This document shows, one piece after another, positions 26,289-34,487 of a stretch of DNA of 42,600 nucleotides (position 1 is the first letter of the stretch; every line of letters starts with the position of its first letter). This stretch comes from an uncultured Acetatifactor sp. (GTDB lineage Bacteria > Bacillota > Clostridia > Lachnospirales > Lachnospiraceae), in assembly GCA_947581905.1 (NCBI GenBank), contig CANPWC010000001.1, positions 1-42,600 on the forward strand. Direction: 5' to 3'. The position numbers and the translations under genes are program-made. Under the pieces are notes generated by a model, which worked only from the letters and a program-made list of their open reading frames with translations, ran no database searches and had not been told where the DNA came from.

Positions 26289-27059
26289 ATGGATTTTTAC
26301 ATTTCTGCCACGACGGATGTCGGCATCAAAAGGGATGTGAACCAGGACAGCTTGTTTGTGCGTAAATTGGAGACGCGGACCGGCGACATGGTGTTTGCCG
26401 TGCTCTGCGACGGGATGGGCGGCCTTAAGTTCGGCGAGGTCGCCAGTTCCAGCATAGTCAACGCGTTCTCCGATTGGATGTATACGTACTTGCCGAACCT
26501 GTCCCAGGCCCCCCTAGAGGACCATGTGGTCCGTTCCCATTGGGAATCGGTCATTACCGCCCAGAACAGCAAGATCCGGGAGTACGGCTGGAAGCACGGC
26601 TGTACCACGGGGTCTACCGTGACTGCGCTGCTTTTGACGCAGCAGAGGTATTTCTTGCTCAATATCGGGGATTCCCGTGCTTACGAGATCGATGGTTCGG
26701 TAAGGCAGATGACCACGGACCATACGGTCATCGAGAATGAGATCCGCATGGGCAACATGACCGAGGAACAGGCGATGAAGTCCCCCATGAGGAGCGTGCT
26801 GACACGGTGCGTGGGAGTGGAGGAAAGCGTAAGCCCCGATATGTTTTTCGGGGATGTGAAGCGGGACGCCGTCTATATGCTGTGTTCGGACGGCTTCCGG
26901 CACGCCCTTTCCAAGGAGGAGATCCAGGCGAAGCTGTACCGGGAAGTGCGCGGCGATGCGGCGCAAATGAAACGGCAGGAGGAATATTTGGTTGAGCTTA
27001 ACAAGTCTAGGGGAGAAACTGATAACATCTCCGTTGTTACAATATATGTTGGAGCATAA
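26289..27059 (+). CDS. PP2C/PPM-family Ser/Thr protein phosphatase
   Basis: TDVGIKR..NQDS, CDGMGG, NIGDSRAY, TTDH, LCSDG and DNIS are all present. Confidence 0.93.
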   Translation: MDFYISATTDVGIKRDVNQDSLFVRKLETRTGDMVFAVLCDGMGGLKFGEVASSSIVNAFSDWMYTYLPNLSQAPLEDHVVRSHWESVITAQNSKIREYGWKHGCTTGSTVTALLLTQQRYFLLNIGDSRAYEIDGSVRQMTTDHTVIENEIRMGNMTEEQAMKSPMRSVLTRCVGVEESVSPDMFFGDVKRDAVYMLCSDGFRHALSKEEIQAKLYREVRGDAAQMKRQEEYLVELNKSRGETDNISVVTIYVGA

Positions 27060-27060
27060 G

Positions 27061-27306
27061 ATGCTCTTCCTGGGGATTGGGATCGGGATCCTGGTCCTTC
27101 TTGCCGCGGCCGTGCTTTTGATCGTATTGCTGGACCGTAAAAAGAAGCGTAAAGCCGCCCCCGCGGGGAAGCCGCCTGGGGAAAGCACGGTGGAGCTCCC
27201 TCCTGTGCAGGAGGTTTATGAGGAATTATATCAAGTGACCGGCTTCCGGGTGGTGGAGGATATCACCTACCTCGGCACGGAGACCGGGGTCATGGAGTTG
27301 GTTTAG
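27061..27306 (+). CDS. small single-pass membrane protein
   Basis: GGAG 6 nt before an ATG 1 nt after the PP2C stop; hydrophobic helix followed by RKKKRK, so the C-terminal tail is probably cytoplasmic. Confidence 0.65.
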   Translation: MLFLGIGIGILVLLAAAVLLIVLLDRKKKRKAAPAGKPPGESTVELPPVQEVYEELYQVTGFRVVEDITYLGTETGVMELV

Positions 27307-27362
27307 GTTTCCGGACCAGCTTCGCAGGGTAGGAAGCGTCCGGAAGGGAAAGGAAGTTAGTT

Positions 27363-27548
27363 ATGGGCTTACTGATGAATGAGATGCTGTTTTACGGCGG
27401 GATCGCGCTGGCGGCGGCGGCGCTGCTGGCCGGGCTCATCTTCTTTTGCATATCCCAGGTCATAGGAACGCGCTTAATGGCGCAGCTCGACTCGGAATAC
27501 GGGCCGAGGGTGGATGAGAAGAAGCAGAAGAAAACGAAAAAGCGGTAA
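27363..27548 (+). CDS. small single-pass membrane protein
   Basis: AAGGAAG upstream; TM helix followed by a basic tail; fills the operon gap before the kinase. Confidence 0.65.
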   Translation: MGLLMNEMLFYGGIALAAAALLAGLIFFCISQVIGTRLMAQLDSEYGPRVDEKKQKKTKKR

Positions 27549-27569
27549 ACAAGGTAAAGGAATCAGGAC

Positions 27570-30434
27570 ATGTCAGAAATAATTGCTTCAACCTATGAAA
27601 TTGTGGCAAGGATAGGGGCCGGCGGCGGAGGCGTCGTCTACCTCGCCAATCATTTAAGGCTGGGGAAGCGGGTCGTCTTAAAGGCGGATAAGCGTAAGAT
27701 CACCACCCGCCCGGAGCTTTTGAGGCGTGAGGTGGATATCCTGAAGGATTTGAGCCACCCTTATATCCCCCAGGTGTATGACTTCTTCGTGGAAAACGAC
27801 GTGGTCTACACGGTCATGGACTATATTGAGGGCGAGAGCCTGGATAATCCATTGAAGCGTGGGGAGCGGTATCCCCAGGCCCAGGTGATCAAGTGGGCGC
27901 GGCAGCTTCTGGAGGCGCTCCAATACCTGCACAGCCCGATCCATGGCAATCCGCCGAAAGGTTACGTACATAGCGACATTAAGCCTGCCAACCTGATGCG
28001 CAGGCCGAACAATGATATCTGTTTGATCGATTTTAACATCGCCCTGGCCTTAGGGGAGGAGAATGTGATCGGCTGCAGCGCCGGTTATGCTTCCCCGGAA
28101 CATTATGGCCTGGACTTTTCCACAGATGGCGCCGGGACGGCGACCATCGCGCGCGGCACGGATACGGTCGCGCGCGGGGATGAGACGGTGACGCTTGCCG
28201 TAAACAGCTCTTCCTCCAGTTCGATGCGTAAACGGGCCGTCCTGCCGGACGTGCGGTCCGACATTTACAGCGTGGGAGCCACTTTATACCATTTATTAAG
28301 CGGACAGCGCCCGTCCAGGAGCGCGTTGGAGGTAGTGCCGCTTAGCACCCAGGAATTTAGCCCCCAGATCGTGCATATCATCAGCAAGTCCATGAACCCC
28401 AACCCGGACCTGCGGTATCAGACGGCGGAGGAGATGCTTTATGACCTGAACCACCTGCATGAGAACGATCCCCGCCTGATCAAGTGGAAAAAGGGCAGGC
28501 ATGTGGCGGCAGGGGCGTTCGGAGCTTTCCTGGTGGCGGGCGTGGCATGCGCCTTCCTGGGGCTTCGCCGGATGCAGATTTCGGAAAGTTGGCTGAAAAT
28601 GGCGGAGTATTCCCGCACGGCCCTTTCGGAGGGGGATACGGTGGCAGCCATCGATTATGCCCTCCAGGCGATCCCGGAGAAATCCAGCCTGTTCGTGCCG
28701 CCTTATCCGGCGGAAGCGCAGTTGGCCTTGACGGACGCCTTGGGCGTATATGACCTGTCGGACGGCTTTAAGACGGACCGGGCCCTGGAACTGCCGGCCG
28801 CCCCGTTCAAGCTTGCGGCTTCTCCGCAGGGCAGCCGTTTTGCCGCGGTTTACGCGTTCGAGGCGGCGGTGTTCGAGATGGAGGATCAGGAAAAGATCGC
28901 GTCCCTGCCCATCCAGGAGTCCGCGTTGTCGGATTGCCTGTTCGTGGATGAGGACCGGATCGTCTATGCCGGCGCGGACGGCGTCTCTGTCTATGACCTG
29001 GAAAAGGGGGAGGCGGTTTGGACCGGGGAAGCGGCTACGACCCTTGCCCTTTCAGCGGACGCAAGCCGCGTGGCCGCCGTGGACCGGGATGCGGAACGTG
29101 TCGTGGTCTATCAGGCCTCGGACGGCCAGGTGGTGGCGGAGCGTTCCTTTGACGGGAAGCATCTGCCGGTAGCGGCCAATGATATTTTCGCGGACCCGGA
29201 GGACGCCCTGTTCGCCCTGAATGCGGACGGCACCTTGTTGGCGGCAAGTTTTTCCGATGGGGCGCTGATGATTTTGGATGTAGAGGACCCGGAAGGGGAC
29301 ATGATTTTGTTTGACGAGTCGCAGTACCGCCATTTCGAGGGCGGCTTCTGCGGGAAATATCTGGCTTTCGCCGCAGGAGGGACCGGGGACGCGCTGTTTG
29401 GCATGGTGGATACGATGGAAGCTTCCTACCTGGGAGGCTTTGAATCCCAGGACGCGTTCCACCTGAAAGCCGGGGAAGACGGCATCTATCTTGCCACCGG
29501 CAGCCTTCTGGAGCGGGTGGAGGTCAAGGAAGGCGCAGAGGCCCAGATCGAGGAGCAGGAGCTGGCTTATGCGGAGAACGCGTACCTGACCGGCTTCGCG
29601 ATCGGGCAAGATTATATCTTGACTTCCATGGAAGATGGAAGCTTCGCCTTTTATGACAGCGGCGCTCATTTATCCTCGTTAGAGGCCGTGGATGTGGCGT
29701 ATGACTTCCTGGAGATCACTGCGGACCATGCCATCCTGGGCAGCCGCAACGACCCTGTGCTGCGCCTGATGAAGCTGGAGGGGCATGAGGACGCGCAGCT
29801 TCTGAAATATGACGCGCGGTACGTCCATGACGAAGCCCGTATCAGCGCGGACGGCAAGACGGCCATGTTATTCAGTAATTTCGGCTTCCGGATTTACGAC
29901 ATGGATGGCAGCCTGGTGACGGAGGTGGAGATCCCGGACCCCGATACGATTTATGACCAGCAGTTCCGCAAGGAGGATGACGAGTCCTACCTGGAAGTGA
30001 TCTGGTATGACGGGACCGTGCGCTGCTACAGCGCCCAGGATGGGACGGTGGTTTCCGAGGAAACCAGGGAAGCGCCGGACAAGGATCTGGAAGAGGAGTT
30101 TACGACGGACCGCTATCGGATCGCCTCTTCCCTGCATGACGCGCCCCAGGTCTATGATTTAAAGAGCGGCAAGTTCGTGGCAAGCCTGGAGGCGGATTCC
30201 TACCTCACATATGTGACCCAGGTGGGAGAGTATCTTATCACGGAGTACATCAGCACGTCTGGAGACCGTTACGGCATCCTGTTGGATGAGGACCTGCAGA
30301 AGTTGGCCTATCTGCCCAACCTTTGCGATGTGATGGACGGCGAGACGTTGGTGTTCGATTATGAATCAGGGAATTTGCGGCAAAGCCGCTTATATTCCAT
30401 CCGGGAGCTGGTAACTCTCGGGGAAAAATATTAA
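27570..30434 (+). CDS. receptor-type Hanks Ser/Thr protein kinase with beta-propeller-like extracellular region
   Basis: GAGGGGVVY, VVLK, HSDIKPANL, LIDFN, GYASPE, SDIYSVG; one TM (AGAFGAFLVAGVACAFLGL); acidic beta-repeat C-terminus. Confidence 0.92.
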   Translation: MSEIIASTYEIVARIGAGGGGVVYLANHLRLGKRVVLKADKRKITTRPELLRREVDILKDLSHPYIPQVYDFFVENDVVYTVMDYIEGESLDNPLKRGERYPQAQVIKWARQLLEALQYLHSPIHGNPPKGYVHSDIKPANLMRRPNNDICLIDFNIALALGEENVIGCSAGYASPEHYGLDFSTDGAGTATIARGTDTVARGDETVTLAVNSSSSSSMRKRAVLPDVRSDIYSVGATLYHLLSGQRPSRSALEVVPLSTQEFSPQIVHIISKSMNPNPDLRYQTAEEMLYDLNHLHENDPRLIKWKKGRHVAAGAFGAFLVAGVACAFLGLRRMQISESWLKMAEYSRTALSEGDTVAAIDYALQAIPEKSSLFVPPYPAEAQLALTDALGVYDLSDGFKTDRALELPAAPFKLAASPQGSRFAAVYAFEAAVFEMEDQEKIASLPIQESALSDCLFVDEDRIVYAGADGVSVYDLEKGEAVWTGEAATTLALSADASRVAAVDRDAERVVVYQASDGQVVAERSFDGKHLPVAANDIFADPEDALFALNADGTLLAASFSDGALMILDVEDPEGDMILFDESQYRHFEGGFCGKYLAFAAGGTGDALFGMVDTMEASYLGGFESQDAFHLKAGEDGIYLATGSLLERVEVKEGAEAQIEEQELAYAENAYLTGFAIGQDYILTSMEDGSFAFYDSGAHLSSLEAVDVAYDFLEITADHAILGSRNDPVLRLMKLEGHEDAQLLKYDARYVHDEARISADGKTAMLFSNFGFRIYDMDGSLVTEVEIPDPDTIYDQQFRKEDDESYLEVIWYDGTVRCYSAQDGTVVSEETREAPDKDLEEEFTTDRYRIASSLHDAPQVYDLKSGKFVASLEADSYLTYVTQVGEYLITEYISTSGDRYGILLDEDLQKLAYLPNLCDVMDGETLVFDYESGNLRQSRLYSIRELVTLGEKY

Positions 30435-30454
30435 GAAAGGAGGGTTTCCTTAAG

Positions 30455-33400
30455 ATGAAATCCATCAAAAGGGGCATAGCGGTGTTGCTGGCAGCGCTGC
30501 TTGTTATGCCCTCATTGCCAGCACGGGCGGAAGAGACCAACCCGCCCGCCGTTATGGCTGACGTCGTTCAGTTCAATACGGGAAACTGCGCGTACAGCGT
30601 TACCCAGCCGGGAAGCGCCAGCGACAAGGTATCCTTTGTCTCAGGAAACGACATCGTATCGGTTTCGCCATCCGAGGTACCGGCGGATGCGGAAGTCGTC
30701 GCTTACCCAGAGGTGTACTTTGAAGCAGATGGAAGTTATACCATCAACATACCGGAAGACAATCCGTTCTTCCCGTATGAGGTACAGTTCACCTGCAACG
30801 GTGAAGTGTCCAACCAGTGGTTCATGACTCCGGACAGTACCGTAGTAGTTGGCGGCCATACGTTCCGTGTGAACGCATATCTTGACGGGACCAAGGTGAC
30901 TCAGATGAGCCTGAAAGTCGCCGGTAAGGATGTCATCGTTTACCCGGAAGCAAAAGAGTTCACCGATGGCTCCGGCATTATGCCGGTCTCCTTGCTGCCT
31001 TTGCAGCAGAAGTCCCTAACCGTGGACCTGACGGGCTTGACGCCCATCGAGCTGACCAATGTGAGCATTGGGACGCTCCTTGCCGGGGCTACCGCGATCA
31101 CGGATACGAGCAAAGCGATGTGGACGCTTTCTGGAGATAATAGCTATACCATTTCCGGGACGACTGACAGCATCGACTTAAGCTATAACGTGTACAGCAG
31201 CAGCAAGTATCTTGAGATCATCGTTGGCGAAGCGAACCAGTTGGCCCCGGACAATACCCGGTATAGTGTCAGGCTGACCACTACGTCGGCACCTGAAAAT
31301 TGGCTGAATCCCGTGGTATATGTACAGGCGGAGGATGGCGCCCGCAGCAATGTGGAATTGACTTCTACGAGCTATTATGACTATACCTCCAGTTCTACTG
31401 CTAGTATGAGCCGTGAACTGTACCTTACAGTTCCCTATGAAAGCCTGGACCAGAACGAGTCCGCTTATGTAAGTTTAAGCATCGATCCTGCCACTTTCGG
31501 AGGGACGCTTCCTCATGATACGGTCGAGGTGTATGAGGGAAATTACAAGACGGCTGCCGAGGCTGCTGCCGGGAAGAACATCACGGCACAGATCATGAAC
31601 GTGGACATGACGCAGCCGAATGCCGGCTATGTGATGCAGAGGTATGAGAGCAAGTGGATCACCCTGGTCAGCTATCAGGGTGGCAATGCCATAGGCTGCC
31701 TGCCTATGTACTTGTATCTGACCACTACGTCCAGCGGCGTTACTTTTAGCCCGTATTCTATGTACTATATGGATGAAAATAAGAGCCGTTATAGTGTCGT
31801 GGACACCTTTTCCAGCACTTACTCTGGGGGCACCAGGACCTATACGCTGACCTATTATGCGGATTACCCTGTTAAGCAGGCTTATTATTTCAAGGGAATC
31901 AACTATTACAAAAATGGGAATACGGACAACAACAGCATCACGGCAATTTATACCGCGCCGGTGGCTTCCATCGCGGAGGCGAGTAGCCTTAACTATGAGA
32001 ACATTAGGGACAAGGTATTGAGCCCTGACGGATTCTTAGTGGATTTCTCCACTCCTGTCACGTTCACCATCTTTGTAGGCGCGGATGGTCCTGACCAGGA
32101 AATGTATCGTTGTGTCATGCAGGCGGTACAGGGAACCAATCCTTATAATCAGCCGAGCAGCAGTACTTATTTGAATTTCAACGGATTCGCGGATGGAACG
32201 GATAAGTACACCTACAACGGTTTTTATTCGGTTCCGGTGGATTATGATTCCTATGCGGACAATAATTACTTGACCATGTTGGTAGGCAAGGACGTAGATT
32301 TGACGCACATTGCGCCTTTGTTCTATACTTCTGATGGCGCCCAAGTGCACACTGCCGGCAGCTCCACGCCGGAGGTGAGCGGCGAGAGTTTTCATGATTT
32401 CTCCGCCGGTCCCGTGCAGTATACGGTAGCCGCCGAAGATGGGAAGAACCAGAAGAACTATTGGCTGCAAATCGTGAAAGCCGTCGAAGGACCCGGCAAA
32501 CTTTATATCAACAGCCTGGCGGATCCTGACGCGAAGACGACCACCGATGAGTCTGGCGTCATCCGTTCCACGCGTGAAGTCTTGATCGACCGTTATCACA
32601 ATGACGAACATAATATCTTCGTCGCTAACATCGGGACGGAAGCGATTCCGGATCTGAAGCTGGATCTGCAGAGTGACGCGGTCGTGGTAGACGATTATTG
32701 GACCTTGAAGGGCGGTTATGATTTAAACGGGTTTACGAAAGATGTTATCCTGGATAGAAGCTATTCTTTGGATAACCTGGCCATGATCCGCTTGAAGCAG
32801 AAAGAGGGCGTTGAAGATGGTACGGAAGTCAGCGGCACCCTGACCATTAAATCCGGGGACACCGTATTAATGGTACTGACCTTGACCGGTACGGTTGGTG
32901 ATCCGACCATCACGACGAAAGAGTTACCCGCGGCCGTTAAGTATGTGCCTTACGGTCCGGTCATCCAGAACAGCAATAAGTATAGCTGGAACAAGGTAAG
33001 CTATGTCCTGCAGAGAGGCGAGCTGCCTCCCGGCATGGAGCTTAAGGAGAATGGTGAAGTCTATGGCGTTCCCACCGAGGTAGGTTCCTATACCTTTACG
33101 GTTCGGATGAACAATAGCTATACCAGCTTTAGTTCTTCCGTCAGGGAGTTCACCCTTGTAGTCAATGAGAATACCAATGAAAACGTGGAACAAGCGACGG
33201 ATACGGGTTATGATCTTATCGAGCGCGTCGATGGAGCTACCCTTGCCGCCAGCACCGAAGAGGGCCAGTTAGTGGTTTCCGAGGGTCTGTTCCCCGAATT
33301 CAAGAAAGTGTACTTGGATGGTAGAGAATTGACGGTTGATGAATTCTCCGCGGAATCCGGCAGTACCAGGATCACGATCAAGACCCAGACCTTGACCAGC

Positions 33401-34054
33401 GTTGGACAGGGAACCCATACCATAGGTATTGAGTTCCGTCAAGCGGATACGGATCTGTTGATGCGTGCCGCACAGAACTACGAGTTGACCGAGACGACGA
33501 CTACTCCTCCTCAGGAGCAGCAGCCGAGCACCCCGACCACTCCCAGCACCCCGTCGACTCCCAGCACGCCCAGCACGCCGAGCACTCCCAGCACGCCGAG
33601 CACGCCCAGCACCTCTACGCCTGCCCCTGCGGCAAGCGAACCTGCCGCGGCTCCTGCCCCGACGACCGTCTCCTATACCGTGCAGCGCGGCGACACCTTG
33701 TCCAAGATTGCCGCTAACCTGCTTGGAGACAGCAAGCTGTGGAGGCAGATCTACGATGCGAACAAGGACGTGATCAGCAATCCGAACAGGATTTATCCTG
33801 GCATGGTCCTTACCATCCAAGTGGCAGGAGCGGAAAGCACTGCTGAGGAGCAAACCCCGGCCGAGACGACTACGGAAGTAGTTGGCGAGACCTATGTGGT
33901 GCAGTCCGGCGATAGCCTTTGGAAGATTGCCAAGAAGGCATATGGCGATGGCCACCTTTGGGAGACCATTTTCAATGCCAACACGGCGACGATCAGGACG
34001 CCTGGAAGCATTTATCCTGGACAGGAGCTTGTGATTCCTGCCGTTGAGGAGTAA
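30455..34054 (+). CDS. large secreted surface protein with Ig-like domains, PST linker and two LysM domains
   Basis: Signal peptide ending ARA/EE; DFSAGPVQYTVAAEDG; GELPPGMEL..NGEVYGVPTEVGSYTFTV Ig-like motif; YTVQRGDTLSKIA and YVVQSGDSLWKIA LysM motifs. Confidence 0.88.
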   Translation: MKSIKRGIAVLLAALLVMPSLPARAEETNPPAVMADVVQFNTGNCAYSVTQPGSASDKVSFVSGNDIVSVSPSEVPADAEVVAYPEVYFEADGSYTINIPEDNPFFPYEVQFTCNGEVSNQWFMTPDSTVVVGGHTFRVNAYLDGTKVTQMSLKVAGKDVIVYPEAKEFTDGSGIMPVSLLPLQQKSLTVDLTGLTPIELTNVSIGTLLAGATAITDTSKAMWTLSGDNSYTISGTTDSIDLSYNVYSSSKYLEIIVGEANQLAPDNTRYSVRLTTTSAPENWLNPVVYVQAEDGARSNVELTSTSYYDYTSSSTASMSRELYLTVPYESLDQNESAYVSLSIDPATFGGTLPHDTVEVYEGNYKTAAEAAAGKNITAQIMNVDMTQPNAGYVMQRYESKWITLVSYQGGNAIGCLPMYLYLTTTSSGVTFSPYSMYYMDENKSRYSVVDTFSSTYSGGTRTYTLTYYADYPVKQAYYFKGINYYKNGNTDNNSITAIYTAPVASIAEASSLNYENIRDKVLSPDGFLVDFSTPVTFTIFVGADGPDQEMYRCVMQAVQGTNPYNQPSSSTYLNFNGFADGTDKYTYNGFYSVPVDYDSYADNNYLTMLVGKDVDLTHIAPLFYTSDGAQVHTAGSSTPEVSGESFHDFSAGPVQYTVAAEDGKNQKNYWLQIVKAVEGPGKLYINSLADPDAKTTTDESGVIRSTREVLIDRYHNDEHNIFVANIGTEAIPDLKLDLQSDAVVVDDYWTLKGGYDLNGFTKDVILDRSYSLDNLAMIRLKQKEGVEDGTEVSGTLTIKSGDTVLMVLTLTGTVGDPTITTKELPAAVKYVPYGPVIQNSNKYSWNKVSYVLQRGELPPGMELKENGEVYGVPTEVGSYTFTVRMNNSYTSFSSSVREFTLVVNENTNENVEQATDTGYDLIERVDGATLAASTEEGQLVVSEGLFPEFKKVYLDGRELTVDEFSAESGSTRITIKTQTLTSVGQGTHTIGIEFRQADTDLLMRAAQNYELTETTTTPPQEQQPSTPTTPSTPSTPSTPSTPSTPSTPSTPSTSTPAPAASEPAAAPAPTTVSYTVQRGDTLSKIAANLLGDSKLWRQIYDANKDVISNPNRIYPGMVLTIQVAGAESTAEEQTPAETTTEVVGETYVVQSGDSLWKIAKKAYGDGHLWETIFNANTATIRTPGSIYPGQELVIPAVEE
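33524..33613 (+). repeat. 9-bp coding tandem repeat x10 (P-S/T-T linker)
   Basis: Encodes PSTPTTPSTPSTPSTPSTPSTPSTPSTPST. Confidence 0.9.
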
Positions 34055-34089
34055 GGCTTTCGGAGCCTTGAGGCCTTGAAGGGAACAGG

Positions 34090-34181
34090 AAAGGGGACCC
34101 GTCCACCCGGTGGCGACACCGGGCGGGCAGGTTCCTTTTTTTATACCGGATGGGCGGGGCGGATGGGCGGGTCCTTTTTTT
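34090..34181 (+). terminator. intrinsic terminator of the Tad operon with duplicated 3' arm
   Basis: AAAGGGGACCCGTCCACCCGGTG-GCGA-CACCGGGCGGGCAGGTTCC-T7, followed by a second arm GGATGGGCGGGTCC-T7. Confidence 0.8.
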
Positions 34182-34185
34182 CTGC

Positions 34186-34214
34186 TTGCAAATTTCCCCG
34201 TATCCGCCTATAAT
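34186..34214 (+). promoter_or_regulatory. sigma-A promoter
   Basis: TTGCAA-17 nt-TATAAT directly after the terminator. Confidence 0.75.
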
Positions 34215-34237
34215 GGAAACGGCGCATGGAACGGCAT

Positions 34238-34424
34238 GCGGCGTGTTCGCCTTTTGCCTGGGGACGGAGCCGACTTATTTGACGATAGATGGGCGGTGGT
34301 TAAACCAGGACCCATACGGGACCATCCACAGGATCGCCAGCGACGGGACCCACAGGGGCGTTTTCCAGGCTTGCCTGGGCTGGTGATCGTAGGGACCGGT
34401 TTCCCAGGGCTGGCGGGCAGCCGC
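34238..34424 (+). ncRNA. putative structured RNA, 6S RNA-like
   Basis: 187-nt segment whose ends pair (GCGGC-G-TGTTCGCC / GGCGGGCA-GCCGC). It has an inner stem GCCTGGGGACG/CGTTTTCCAGGC, an AU-rich unpaired stretch and a TGGG/CCCA apical stem, and lies behind a sigma-A promoter. Confidence 0.45.
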
Positions 34425-34487
34425 CCAAGGAGGCGCACAGCCGTAAAAGATTCAGGAAGAGTTTCAGGAAGGATGGAAGAGGGTCAG

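Noticed and set aside
27061-27548. Small ORFs as immunity proteins for the nuclease-like pilin domain
   Set aside because: They are about 4.7 kb away, membrane-anchored and embedded in the kinase module; nuclease immunity proteins are normally soluble and adjacent.
10121-34181. Tad region as an ICE, prophage or conjugative T4SS
   Set aside because: No integrase, relaxase, VirB4/VirD4, phage genes or flanking att repeats were seen, and the ATPase is TadA-type with TadB/C.
34110-34487. 126-codon upstream extension of map
   Set aside because: It runs through a terminator, promoter and structured RNA, and has no protein-like conservation.
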